The notes: generated by a model not told the origin, from the letters alone. 64,000 bases of DNA from Gemmatimonadota bacterium (GCA_965116475.1 OZ220691.1:1952001-2016000); one strand, 5' to 3'. Counted from the first letter of the stretch, positions 17,093-26,837 are shown. Made by a program: numbers and translations.

Positions 17093-18262
17093 TCAGCGAC
17101 TGCCGGACAGTTCGTACACGGCGACATGACCTTCGTGTGGGCTGAATTCGATCACGGTTCGCTCCGGATCAAGACCGAAGCGCAATTCATCGGGGAAGGC
17201 GGGCCCGTCGCTTGCGAAGAGGATCGAGCCCGCGTTCCGGCCCGACGCGTCGAATCTGTCGATGTGAAGATAGCCTTCCTCCGTCGGGGCTCCGGCCAGG
17301 GCCCACACCTCGCCATCGTTGCCGATCCGCACGTCCGCCAGCAGTTCCACCATGTGAATGGTCTGGGTCGTGCCCGGGGACGGGACGCCGTCGCCGGTCT
17401 CCCGCAACTGCCGACGGTACGCCTCCCGGAGTTCGTCCGGCATGCAGGTCTCAAGCGTGCGCATGTGCTCGCCACCTTCGAAGAGTTCGATGATGCCGCT
17501 CCAGGGGAAATAGACGGCCACAAATCGACCATGGGCCGCGATCCCCACGTCCACGAAGCTCGGCACATTGTATCGCCGGGCGTCGAGACTGTCCGACGCT
17601 GCCGACCAGTGCGCTCGACGCTCGCGCCCGTTCCAGGTTCTGCTGGTGAGCAGCGGCGCTTCCCGCGTGCGTCCGGACTGCAGATTGGAGACCCACACGC
17701 CGTGCCCGAGCCAGACCCGCCCATCGTCCGTGACGCCGGTATCCTGGGCTTCGGAGTCGAGGCGAAACGTACGTATGAACTCGCCGCCGCCGCCGAACCG
17801 ATGGACGGCGGGGGGACCCTTCTGGAGCACCATTAGGTCACCCGTCCCCGGCTCGGAGGTGGCGAGGGAAACAGGCTCTGCCAATTCCCCGGGGCCCGGC
17901 CCTCCACCGGCCCACGTCTCCCACGACGCCAGGTCGTCCGATATCCAGAGAAGCTCACGAGAGCGGGCGTCGAGCGCCGCATAACCGGCACGATAGGGGA
18001 TGAGATCCCGAAGCTGGCCAGGTGTCCATGGCACATCCGGGCTCACGCGCTCTCCACGATACCGGCTGGCTTCGAGGCCATCCGCCTGCAGGATGCGGGT
18101 GCCGCTCACGACCGCCGTATCCGCGACCGAGGTCACGCAGCTTCGAGGAGGGATGAACCCCCCGGGGGGTGCGTAAACTTCCTGGGCACGCGCTCGGCCC
18201 GTGGGCCATGCGAAGCTCGCCGTGAGAAGGAGGAGCGCTCCATACGCTCGGGTGGCATTCAT
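17093..18262 (-). CDS. Secreted beta-propeller-like hypothetical protein
   Basis: Signal MNATRAYGALLLL...ARA-Q; GGGPGPGEL motif; HIDRFDASG-type blades; atypical codon usage. Confidence 0.7.
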   Translation of the reverse strand: MNATRAYGALLLLTASFAWPTGRARAQEVYAPPGGFIPPRSCVTSVADTAVVSGTRILQADGLEASRYRGERVSPDVPWTPGQLRDLIPYRAGYAALDARSRELLWISDDLASWETWAGGGPGPGELAEPVSLATSEPGTGDLMVLQKGPPAVHRFGGGGEFIRTFRLDSEAQDTGVTDDGRVWLGHGVWVSNLQSGRTREAPLLTSRTWNGRERRAHWSAASDSLDARRYNVPSFVDVGIAAHGRFVAVYFPWSGIIELFEGGEHMRTLETCMPDELREAYRRQLRETGDGVPSPGTTQTIHMVELLADVRIGNDGEVWALAGAPTEEGYLHIDRFDASGRNAGSILFASDGPAFPDELRFGLDPERTVIEFSPHEGHVAVYELSGSR

Positions 18263-18409
18263 TGATCCGTACTCGCTCCGAAGACAACAGGTGGGGTACT
18301 GACCCGGAGCCGTACACCCGAAGGCGCCCCAGGTGCCCCGGCCACCGCGCCATCGCGATTCCCGCTCAGACGCTCCGCGCTGGCGTCTCTCACCGTGATC
18401 TTCACACTC

Positions 18410-18453
18410 GCCGCGGTTCAACCCGATTGCCGTCGTCAACCCGCGAGCCCTCG
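18410..18453 (+). pseudogene. Remnant copy of the amidase 5' coding region
   Basis: 44 bp matching 19584-19627 with 4 mismatches (encodes PRFNxIAVVNPRAL). Confidence 0.8.
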
Positions 18454-18484
18454 GGACCGCCGGGGCGCCGGGTTAGGTCCCTTC

Positions 18485-18596
18485 GGCACAGGCGTTTCGA
18501 CGAGGAATAGCAGCGCCATTTCGAGGAGGAGTAACGCAGGAAGGACGGATGCCCGGCGCTCGAATGGTCTTCAGGACTTCTGCGACACTGCACTAG
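18485..18596. mobile_element. Diverged, truncated member of the MITE-like repeat family
   Basis: Shares the ordered blocks GACGAGG, AATAGCAGCGCYATTT, GAGGAG..ACGCAG, GATGC, CGCTCGAA and CTTYTGC with the copy at 45085-45255. Ends in CTAG, which contains the vapC stop. Confidence 0.6.
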
Positions 18597-18994
18597 GAGG
18601 GATCCAGGACCGACACCCCCGTCGGCTCGAAGTGCCGAACATTGCGCGTGACGACCGTCAGCCCGCGCTCCAGAGCCGAGGCGGCGATCAGGAGATCCGC
18701 GTCCTGGCGGCCCAGTGCCTGAGAGAGGCGCCCCCAGCGCCTCGCCGTCGGAAGGTCCACGGGCAGAATACGGTCCCCATATAGCCTCATGACGTCGTCG
18801 AGCCAGGCACCCAGCGTGTCCGCGAAACCCGGATTGCGGCGTCGCTGCTTCTTGATTCCCCGCTCGATCTCGCCGATGGAAACCACGCTGAGATACAGGT
18901 CCCCCGTCCGCTGGCTCGCCACCCACCGGACGACAGGACGACTGCGTTCACGTTGGCGGAGCGCCGACAGAACGTCGGTATCGACCAGGAACAT
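18593..18994 (-). CDS. vapC: PIN-domain toxin, VapC family
   Basis: MFLVDTDVLS, SVVSIGEI, DLLIAASAL, VTRNVRHF motifs. Confidence 0.93.
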   Translation of the reverse strand: MFLVDTDVLSALRQRERSRPVVRWVASQRTGDLYLSVVSIGEIERGIKKQRRRNPGFADTLGAWLDDVMRLYGDRILPVDLPTARRWGRLSQALGRQDADLLIAASALERGLTVVTRNVRHFEPTGVSVLDPS

Positions 18995-19248
18995 CAGAAA
19001 TCGACCTGCCGGAGGCTCAAGGGACGCCGCTCGAATTCGCCATCATCGCGAGGAATCGCGAGCAGCACCTCCGCCAGGCTCGGTGCGGCCGCCGTCTCCG
19101 TCCGCCGGAGTCGCTCGTACTCCTCCACCGACACTACCACGACGGCCGGCTTCCCCCGCCGCGTCACGCGCTGCGGCTCTCCCGCCACGGCTGCCGCGAC
19201 GACCGCGCTGAACCGGTTCTTCGCATCATGTAACGGCCATTCATTCAT
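18994..19248 (-). CDS. Phd/YefM-family antitoxin
   Basis: WPLHDAKNRFSAVV...PQRVTRRGKPAVVVVSVEEY; coupled to vapC. Confidence 0.93.
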   Translation of the reverse strand: MNEWPLHDAKNRFSAVVAAAVAGEPQRVTRRGKPAVVVVSVEEYERLRRTETAAAPSLAEVLLAIPRDDGEFERRPLSLRQVDF

Positions 19249-19260
19249 CGGAACTCCTAA

Positions 19261-19296
19261 TGTCCAACAGATATGTCTAGATTATTAGGTTGGACA
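19261..19296. promoter_or_regulatory. Putative TA autoregulatory operator (TGTCCAAC...GTTGGACA inverted repeat with internal TCTAGA)
   Basis: AT-rich inverted repeat just upstream of the phd start. Confidence 0.55.
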
Positions 19297-19374
19297 GATT
19301 GTGCGGTCAAGTTGAGGCTGCGTACCCTTTTCAACGGCTGGTCAACTCGAGTTCCCCCGAGGACAGGTGCTGCC

Positions 19375-20955
19375 ATGTCTGCTCGCACGTCGATCGCAAT
19401 CCGCTTGGCCCTCTCATTCGCCCTGGCGTTCACGGCGGCCCCGTTCGCGCTCCACGCGCAGGCGTTCGCGGTCGAGGAGACGACGGTCGCGGACGTCCAC
19501 GCGGCCTTCCGGTCGGGCGACCTCACCTGCGAGGGCCTGGTGGAGAGCTACCTGGCGCGCATCGATGCCTACGACAAGCAGGGGCCGCGGTTCAACGCGA
19601 TCGCTGTCGTCAACCCGCGCGCCCTCGAGGAGGCCCGCGCTCTCGACGCGGCCTTCGCCTCCGGTGGACTCTCCGGGCCTCTGCACTGCGTCCCCGTCCT
19701 CCTCAAGGACCAGGTCGAAACGAGCGACATGCCGACGACCTACGGGTCGGCGCTCTTCGCGGGCTACATGTCGGAGCGGGACGGAACCATCGTCACGCGG
19801 ATGAAGGAGGCGGGCGCCCTCATCATCGCCAAGACGAACATGGGGGAGTTCGCCTCGCGCTACGTCGGCTCGGGGTTCGGGATCATCCGCAACGCGTACG
19901 ACCCGGGGCGGAACCCGAGCGGCTCCTCCGGCGGCACGGGATCCGGCGTGGCGGCGAACCTCGGCCTCATCGGCATCGGCGAGGACACGGGAGGTTCCAT
20001 CCGCGGGCCGGCGGCCGTCGCCTCGCTCGTCGGCCTCCGTCCCACGCTCCCGCTCGTGAGCCGGTTCGGGATGATGCCCGCCAATCCCACCACCGACACG
20101 ATGGGTCCGATGACCCGCACCGTGACGGACGCGGCCATCCTCCTCGATGTCATCGCCGGCTACGACCCCAACGACCCGGTGACGGCATACTCCGTGGAAC
20201 AGGTCCCGGATTCCTATGCGGCCGGACTCGACGCGGGGGCGCTGGCGGGCGCCCGGATCGGCGTCATCCGCGAGCCGATGGATCGCTCCGTGGACACGGC
20301 GTCTGAGGGATTCGAACAGGTGCGCGCCCGGATGGAGGCGGCGATCGGCACGCTCCGCGACCTGGGGGCCGAGGTATTCGATGTCGCCATCCCCGGGATC
20401 GAGCGGGTGAGCGCCGTCTTCGCCGCCAACTCCTACGAGACCGAGGAGGTGACCGACGCCTACCTCGCCGAACTTCGTGACCCGCCGTACCGCACGCTGG
20501 CGTCCATCCTGCTGAGCGGCCGCGTCAACCCTTGGCGGGCCGCCGGCATGGCCGATCTCCTCGGGAAGACGACCCGCGACCCCGGCTACCTCCAGTATCT
20601 GCTCGACCGCGAGCAGGTCCGGGAGGACGTCATTGCGACGATGGCGGAGCACGATCTCGACGCCTTCGTCTACGCCACCTTCGACCATCCGCCGGCCCCG
20701 GTCGCCGACGATGTGGAGACGAACCCCGCCCCGAACGACCGCTACGCCCTCGGCGACAACCGCTCGCTGAGCCCGCTGACCGGCTTCCCGGCGCTCACCG
20801 TGCCCGCGGGATTCACGGACGACGGCCTCCCGGTGGGTCTCGAGTTCCTGGGCCGCCCCTTCACGGAGGCGATGCTCCTCGGCTTCGGCTACGCCTACGA
20901 GCAGGCGACGAACCACCGCCGCCCGCCGCCCACCGCCCCGCCCCTCGGACGTTGA
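19375..20955 (+). CDS. Secreted amidase-signature family enzyme
   Basis: Signal peptide; PVLLKD, GSSGG, EDTGGSIRGP (Ser-cisSer-Lys triad motifs). Confidence 0.93.
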   Translation: MSARTSIAIRLALSFALAFTAAPFALHAQAFAVEETTVADVHAAFRSGDLTCEGLVESYLARIDAYDKQGPRFNAIAVVNPRALEEARALDAAFASGGLSGPLHCVPVLLKDQVETSDMPTTYGSALFAGYMSERDGTIVTRMKEAGALIIAKTNMGEFASRYVGSGFGIIRNAYDPGRNPSGSSGGTGSGVAANLGLIGIGEDTGGSIRGPAAVASLVGLRPTLPLVSRFGMMPANPTTDTMGPMTRTVTDAAILLDVIAGYDPNDPVTAYSVEQVPDSYAAGLDAGALAGARIGVIREPMDRSVDTASEGFEQVRARMEAAIGTLRDLGAEVFDVAIPGIERVSAVFAANSYETEEVTDAYLAELRDPPYRTLASILLSGRVNPWRAAGMADLLGKTTRDPGYLQYLLDREQVREDVIATMAEHDLDAFVYATFDHPPAPVADDVETNPAPNDRYALGDNRSLSPLTGFPALTVPAGFTDDGLPVGLEFLGRPFTEAMLLGFGYAYEQATNHRRPPPTAPPLGR

Positions 20956-20980
20956 CTCGACCGGACTTGCACCATCATCT

Positions 20981-21005
20981 TGTGCATGCGTCAAAATCAT
21001 GCACA
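20981..21005. promoter_or_regulatory. Putative operator TGTGCATG-N9-CATGCACA
   Basis: Perfect 8-bp inverted repeat 13 nt upstream of the antitoxin ATG. Confidence 0.6.
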
Positions 21006-21018
21006 TGCAAGAGGGGTC

Positions 21019-21300
21019 ATGTCGAGGATTCACTTCGTCGTCAAGGAAAGCGCCAAGATCCGCTACCAGGCGGAGGCGGAGCGTGAGGGAAAGTCTCTCG
21101 GGCAATGGCTGCGCGAGGCCGCCGATCAGAAACTGGAGGCCGCCCGTCCACGCCTGTTCACCGTAGACGAACTCAATGCGTTCGCCGCCGAGTGCGCCGC
21201 TCGCCATCCCCCCGGTTCCAAGGAGCCGGATTGGCCGGAATACAAGCGTATGATCGCCGAAGGGAAGCTCAGTTCGGCTAGGAAACTGGGTTTCCTGTGA
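21019..21300 (+). CDS. Putative ribbon-helix-helix antitoxin
   Basis: MSRIHFVV...AEREGKSLGQWLREAA RHH-like pattern; GTGA overlap with the PIN gene. Confidence 0.75.
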   Translation: MSRIHFVVKESAKIRYQAEAEREGKSLGQWLREAADQKLEAARPRLFTVDELNAFAAECAARHPPGSKEPDWPEYKRMIAEGKLSSARKLGFL

Positions 21301-21692
21301 TCTTCGTTGATGCCAACCTGTTCATCTACTTCGTTGGCACGGAGGATCCCCGACGGGAGCAGGCTTGGGACTTCTTCCGCCGGTCGAGGGAGCGGAATAC
21401 ACCGCTAGTCACGTCCGCCGAAGTTCTTCAGGAACTCCTCCACGTGTACGTGCGTCAGAACGAGCAAGGCAACCTCCATGCGGCGTTCGGTCTCGTGGAG
21501 GCGACCGTGAGCGAGGTCTGGTCCGTTCACCGTGAGGATGTCGAGATGGCCGGGAATATGGTCAACGCACATCCAGAACTCGAAGCGCGGGATCTTGTTC
21601 ATCTCGCGTGCTGCATCCGGCGGGAGCCTGAGGACCTCATGACGTTCGACCGGGCGCTGGCCGCGGCCTGGCGTTCCCGGTCGCCCCGGTAG
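21297..21692 (+). CDS. vapC: PIN-domain toxin, VapC family
   Basis: MIFVDANLFIY, TSAEVLQE, ARDLVHLA, TFDRAL motifs. Confidence 0.9.
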   Translation: MIFVDANLFIYFVGTEDPRREQAWDFFRRSRERNTPLVTSAEVLQELLHVYVRQNEQGNLHAAFGLVEATVSEVWSVHREDVEMAGNMVNAHPELEARDLVHLACCIRREPEDLMTFDRALAAAWRSRSPR

Positions 21693-21694
21693 CC

Positions 21695-24600
21695 ATGACA
21701 AAGAAGGAGAGCAGCGAGATGACGGATTCGTCGAGGCGTGGCGCATCGCGCGTGCGGATGGCGCTCGTTTGGGGCGTCTTCATGGGAGTTCCCGGCCTCC
21801 TTCCTCCCGATATGGCGGAGGTTCGGGCCCAGGAGGTCGATCAGTCGCTCGTGGCGGAGGTCGTGGCCGGCCTCCCGCTGCGCGAGATCGGCCCTGCCCT
21901 CATGGGCGGCCGGATCGCCGACATCGCCGTGCACCCGCACCGGAGCAGCACCTGGTACATCGCGGTCGGCTCCGGCGGCGTGTGGAAGACGACGAACGCC
22001 GGCGTGACGTGGGACGCGATCTTCGAGGACCAGTCCGTGTACTCGATCGGCGACATCGCGATCGACCCCAACCACCCGGACGTCATCTGGGTGGGGACGG
22101 GGGAGAACGTCAGCGGGCGCCACGTCGGCTGGGGGGACGGCGTGTACCGCAGCCGCAACGGCGGGGAGACGTGGGAGAACGTCGGCCTCCGGGACTCTCA
22201 GCACATCGGGAAGATCCTCATCGACCCGCGCGACAGCGACGTGATCCTGGTGGCGGCCGAGGGATCCCTCTGGGCGCCGGGCGGCGAACGGGGGGTGTAC
22301 AAGTCCACCGACGGCGGCGACTCCTGGCGGCTCGTCCTGGAGATCGACGAGAACACGGGCGTCACCGACATCGAGTTCGCACCCGGCAACCCCGACATGG
22401 TCTACGCGGCCGCGTACGAGCGGCGCCGCAAGATCTGGGGACACCTGGCCGGCGGACCCAACTCCGGCATCTACAAGTCCACCGACGGCGGCGAAAACTG
22501 GCGACGGATCACGGCTGGACTCCCCGGCGGCGACGTGGGCAAGATCGGACTCGCCGTCACGCCGGCGAACCCCGAGGCCGTGTACGCGACCATGGAGGCG
22601 AACGACGAGGAGCGCGGCTTCTACCGGTCCCTCGACAAGGGGGAGAGCTGGGAGCGGCGGAACTCGTACATCTCCGGCGGCACCGGTCCCCACTACTACC
22701 AGGAGATCGAGGCGTCGCCGCACGACGCCGATGTCGTGTACCAGATGGACGTCTTCATCCAGGTCACGCGCGATGGGGGCGCCACGTTCGGGAACCTCGA
22801 GACGGCGCGCGACAAGCACAGCGACAACCACGCCCTGTGGGTCGACCCGGAGGACCCGCTGCACCTCCTCGTCGGCACGGACGCCGGTCTGTACGAGAGC
22901 TTCGACGACGGCCGCACCTTCCGGCACTTCCCGAACCTGCCCATCTCGCAGTTCTACAAGCTGACGCTCGACAACTCGGAGCCGTTCTACAACGTGCTCG
23001 GCGGCGCGCAGGACCTCGGCACGCTGTGGGGTCCCGCACGCACGACGAACATCGAGGGCGTGCGGAACCGGGACTGGTACGTGCCGATGGGGGCAGACGG
23101 CTACGCGGTCCAGATCGATCCCAGGGATCCGGACATCCTCTACCTGCAGACGCAGCAGGGGAACCTCTACCGCTACGACCGGGGGAGCGAGGAGGCGCTC
23201 GACATCCAGGCGCAGCCCGCGCCCGGCGACCCGCCCGAACGCTGGAACTGGGACGCGCCGGTCCTCATCAGCCCGCACAACGCCGACCGCATCTACCACG
23301 GCTCGCAGCGCGTGTGGGCGAGCGACGACCGGGGCAACTCGTGGACGGCGATCAGCGGCGATCTGACGACGAACGTGAACCGCTACGAACTGGAGTTCAT
23401 GGGCCGCGTGTGGAGCGTCGACGACCTCATCGACAACGGCGCCATGTCCAAGTACGCGACCCTCACCGGCATCTCCGAATCGCCGGTGACGGCGGGCGTG
23501 ATCTACACGGGGAGCGATGACGGACTCATCCACGCGACGGAGGACGGCGGGGCGAACTGGCGGCTCGCGAGCGCCCTTCCCGGCGTGCCCGAGCGGGCGT
23601 TCATCAACGACGTGGAGGCGTCGCAATTCGACGCGGCGACGGTCTTCGCCGTGGCGGACAACCACAAGGAGGGCGACTTCCGGCCGCTCGTGTTCGAGAG
23701 CAACGACGGGGGTCGGACGTGGCGCTCGATCGCGGGCGATCTGCCCGCCGGGACGATCCTGTGGGCGATCGAACAGGACCACCTGAACCCGAACCTCCTC
23801 TTCCTCGGAGCCGAGTTCGGGATGTACGCGAGCGTGAACGGCGGCGAGAACTGGCACATGCTTCCCGGTCCGACGATCCCGCACCGGGACCTGGAGGTTC
23901 AGCGGCGCGACAACGACGTGGTCGGGTCGACGTTCGGCCGCGGCTTCCAGGTGCTGGACGACTACACGCCGCTGCGCGAACTGGCGGGCGCCGCGACCAC
24001 GGCCATCGCCGCCGCGGAGGGAGGGGCGCTGTTCCCGGTCCGCGACGCCTGGTGGTACATCCCCTCCGTCCCCATGCAGGCGCGCGGCAAGCCGACGCTG
24101 GGGTCGGACGACTACACCGCGCCGAACCCGGACTTCGGGGCCGTGATCTCCTACTACCTGCCCGAGACCTCGACGACGGCCGCGGAAGTGCGACGCGCCG
24201 CCGAAGCCGAGGTGCGAGCGGCCGGAGGCGACGTGGCGTTCCCAGGCTACGACGTGTTGAACGCGGAGACGGCGGAGAGCGGCCCCCGGGCGCTGATCGC
24301 GATCGCCGACGGGGACGGCCGAACCGTGCGCTGGGTGACCGGCCCCGCCAGCCAGGGGCTGCACCGCGTGAGCTGGGACCTGCGGGCTCCGGCGCCCGAT
24401 CCGATCGACCTCACGGTACCCGGCTTCACGCCGCCGTGGGTGGGACCGCCCCAGGGACCCCTCGTCGCCCCCGGCGCATACTCCGCGCAGCTCGTCGTGG
24501 TCACGGCCGAAGGCGCGCGCGAGGTCGGACAGGCGCAGACCTTCGAGGTGAAAGCCGTGCCCACGGCCGAGCCCGGCACGGACTTCGGGGCCGTGGTCGC

Positions 24601-25051
24601 CTTCCAGAACGAGGCGTCGGAGTTGAGGCGCCGCATCGCCTCGGCGGGCGAGGAAGTCGGACGCGCCCGCGACCGGCTCCGTCACATGCGGGCCGCCCTC
24701 CTCGAGGCGCCGGACGCCCCGCTCGCACTGTTCGGGGACCTCGATGCGCTCGGCTCGAGCCTTCAGGACTTCTCGATCCGCCTCTTCGGCGACCCCGCGC
24801 GGCAGAGGCTCAATGAGTCCACCGTGCCCTCGATCTCGAACCGCGTGGGACGGGTGATCGGCGGCCACTGGGACACGCGCCAGACGCCCACGGCGACGCA
24901 TCGCCGCAACCTGGAGATCGCCGAGACGGACTTCGGCGCCTGGCTGTCGGAGTTCCGGAACTTCATGGACGGCGCCTTCGCCAACGCCGAAACCGCGCTC
25001 GAAGCGGCCGGAGCCCCCTGGACCCCCGGCCGCCCCCTCCCCGGCCGCTAG
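21695..25051 (+). CDS. Secreted VPS10/BNR-repeat glycosyl hydrolase-like protein
   Basis: REIGPALMGGRIAD N-terminus and multiple SxDGGxxW Asp-boxes. Alternative start 21719. Confidence 0.9.
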   Translation: MTKKESSEMTDSSRRGASRVRMALVWGVFMGVPGLLPPDMAEVRAQEVDQSLVAEVVAGLPLREIGPALMGGRIADIAVHPHRSSTWYIAVGSGGVWKTTNAGVTWDAIFEDQSVYSIGDIAIDPNHPDVIWVGTGENVSGRHVGWGDGVYRSRNGGETWENVGLRDSQHIGKILIDPRDSDVILVAAEGSLWAPGGERGVYKSTDGGDSWRLVLEIDENTGVTDIEFAPGNPDMVYAAAYERRRKIWGHLAGGPNSGIYKSTDGGENWRRITAGLPGGDVGKIGLAVTPANPEAVYATMEANDEERGFYRSLDKGESWERRNSYISGGTGPHYYQEIEASPHDADVVYQMDVFIQVTRDGGATFGNLETARDKHSDNHALWVDPEDPLHLLVGTDAGLYESFDDGRTFRHFPNLPISQFYKLTLDNSEPFYNVLGGAQDLGTLWGPARTTNIEGVRNRDWYVPMGADGYAVQIDPRDPDILYLQTQQGNLYRYDRGSEEALDIQAQPAPGDPPERWNWDAPVLISPHNADRIYHGSQRVWASDDRGNSWTAISGDLTTNVNRYELEFMGRVWSVDDLIDNGAMSKYATLTGISESPVTAGVIYTGSDDGLIHATEDGGANWRLASALPGVPERAFINDVEASQFDAATVFAVADNHKEGDFRPLVFESNDGGRTWRSIAGDLPAGTILWAIEQDHLNPNLLFLGAEFGMYASVNGGENWHMLPGPTIPHRDLEVQRRDNDVVGSTFGRGFQVLDDYTPLRELAGAATTAIAAAEGGALFPVRDAWWYIPSVPMQARGKPTLGSDDYTAPNPDFGAVISYYLPETSTTAAEVRRAAEAEVRAAGGDVAFPGYDVLNAETAESGPRALIAIADGDGRTVRWVTGPASQGLHRVSWDLRAPAPDPIDLTVPGFTPPWVGPPQGPLVAPGAYSAQLVVVTAEGAREVGQAQTFEVKAVPTAEPGTDFGAVVAFQNEASELRRRIASAGEEVGRARDRLRHMRAALLEAPDAPLALFGDLDALGSSLQDFSIRLFGDPARQRLNESTVPSISNRVGRVIGGHWDTRQTPTATHRRNLEIAETDFGAWLSEFRNFMDGAFANAETALEAAGAPWTPGRPLPGR

Positions 25052-25082
25052 CCCAACGCCGCCGGGGCCTCGCCGTCGGTCG

Positions 25083-26795
25083 TCAGTGGCCGATGGCGAG
25101 GCCGTCCTTGCGGGGGTCTGACGCGCCGGCCCAGCCGCGCTCGAGCTTCATGACGAGCTGACCGCCGCCGAACGAGGCGCTCTCCCAGTCCACGAGTTCG
25201 TGGCCGAGCGCGCCCATGCCGGCTTCGAGTCCGTCGGTCAGCCGCTCGACCGCCACCCGGAGCCCGCCCATGTGGCGGAAGCGGGCCGCGTCGATCGCCT
25301 GCTGCGGGTCCATCCCGAACTCGATCATGTTGAGGACGACCTGCGTGTGCCCCTGCGGCTGCATCGAGCCGCCCATGACGCCGAACGCCATCAGCGGCTC
25401 GCCGCCCCGGGTCACGAACCCCGGAATCAGCGTGTGGAAGGGCCGCTTGCCGGGCGCCACCTGGTTCGGGTGCCCGTCCTCGAGCGTGAAGCCGGCCCCG
25501 CGGTTCTGCAGCACGAACCCCGTCCCCGGGACGACGACGCCCGAGCCGAACGAGCCGTAGATGGAGTGGATGAAGGAGACCATGTTCCCGTACCGGTCGG
25601 CGACCGACAGGTAAATCGTCTCCGTCGCGGTCGCGAATTCGCCGGGCTCGACCCGGTCGGCGGCCACGGCCGGGTTGATGAGCGCCCGCCGCGACGCGAG
25701 GTAGTCGGGGTCGAGGAGTTGTTTCGGGTCGATCTCCATGTGGTCGGCATCCCCGACGTGCCGCGCCAGGTCCGCGAAGGCCACCTTCTTGGCCTCGATC
25801 AGGTGGTGGAGGTACTCGGGCGAGTTATGCCCCATGCCCGCCAGGTCGAACGGCTCGAGCATCCCCAGCATCTGCAGGGCGGCGACGCCCTGGCCGGCGG
25901 GCGGCAACTCCCAGATCGTCCACCCCTTGTAGTCCATGGACAGCGGCTCGACCCAGCGCACCTCCATCGCCGCCATGTCGGCCGGCGTGAGATAGCCGCC
26001 GAGTTCGGCGAGTCCCTCGGCCACCCGCGTGCCCAGCGCGCCTCCGTACATGGCGGCCGGGCCCTCCGCCGCGATCGTGCGCAGCGAACTCGCGAAGTCG
26101 GGGTTCCGGAACCACTCGCCCGCTTCGGGCGCCCGCTCGCCGTCGATGAGGTAGGTCGCCGCGGCCCCCGGATCCGCCTGCAGCTTGCGCAACTGCCCCT
26201 GCCACTGGCCCGCGATGATCGGTGTGACAGGGAAGCCCTCCTCGGCCAGCGCGATGGCCGGCGCCACGAGGTCGGCGAGCGGGCGGCTCCCGTACTTCTC
26301 GTTGAGTGCGCCCCAGCCCGCGATCGCCCCCGGCACGGTCACCGCCCCCGGCCCCGAGCCCGGCACGCGGTCGTAGCCGTCCGCCCGGATCCGTTCCGGC
26401 GTCATGTGGGTCCCCGCGCGGCCGGTCGCGTCCAGACCGACGAGACGCCCCTCCTCCGCGGACCAGAAGAGCGCGAACAGGTCGCCGCCGAGTCCCGTCA
26501 TGTGCGGCTCGACGAGCGAGAGCACGGACGAGGCCGCGATCGCCGCGTCGAAGGCGTTGCCGCCGTCGCGCAGCACGCCGAGCGCAACGCTCGACGCCAT
26601 GGGCTGGCTCGTCGCGACCATTCCGTTCGGGGCGTAGACGGTGGACCGCCCCGCCATGGACCCCGGAGCATTCATCGCGGCCTCCTGACTTGACGAGTTC
26701 CTCCGGCTCTCCGCGCCCGCCGTGCCGCAGGCGGCGGCGGTCACGGGGAGAACGGCGAGGACGAGAGTCGTGGCAACGTCGCGCATGCACATCAT
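25083..26795 (-). CDS. ggt: Gamma-glutamyltransferase (lipoprotein)
   Basis: GGNAFDAAIA, EPHMTGLGGDLF, E-TIYLSVAD nucleophile site, PGKRPFHTLIP, GVMGG..QPQGH, SDPRKDG. Confidence 0.93.
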   Translation of the reverse strand: MMCMRDVATTLVLAVLPVTAAACGTAGAESRRNSSSQEAAMNAPGSMAGRSTVYAPNGMVATSQPMASSVALGVLRDGGNAFDAAIAASSVLSLVEPHMTGLGGDLFALFWSAEEGRLVGLDATGRAGTHMTPERIRADGYDRVPGSGPGAVTVPGAIAGWGALNEKYGSRPLADLVAPAIALAEEGFPVTPIIAGQWQGQLRKLQADPGAAATYLIDGERAPEAGEWFRNPDFASSLRTIAAEGPAAMYGGALGTRVAEGLAELGGYLTPADMAAMEVRWVEPLSMDYKGWTIWELPPAGQGVAALQMLGMLEPFDLAGMGHNSPEYLHHLIEAKKVAFADLARHVGDADHMEIDPKQLLDPDYLASRRALINPAVAADRVEPGEFATATETIYLSVADRYGNMVSFIHSIYGSFGSGVVVPGTGFVLQNRGAGFTLEDGHPNQVAPGKRPFHTLIPGFVTRGGEPLMAFGVMGGSMQPQGHTQVVLNMIEFGMDPQQAIDAARFRHMGGLRVAVERLTDGLEAGMGALGHELVDWESASFGGGQLVMKLERGWAGASDPRKDGLAIGH

Positions 26796-26798
26796 TCG

Positions 26799-26837
26799 GC
26801 TGATCCCCCTGACTGATCCCTCTGGCTGATCCCCCTG
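26799..26837. repeat. 13-bp tandem repeat x3 (GCTGATCCCCCTG consensus) upstream of ggt
   Basis: Read directly. Confidence 0.85.

Noticed and set aside
18263..18592. Peptide precursor upstream of the second propeller
   Set aside because: No ORF with an SD, hydrophobic leader and Cys tail on the minus strand; the region is explained by the amidase and MITE relics.
21599..24901. Very long antisense or alternative-frame ORFs (also 7597..9744, 46433..48862, 14101..15975)
   Set aside because: Shadow ORFs expected at high GC; they overlap genes with clear family motifs and have none of their own.
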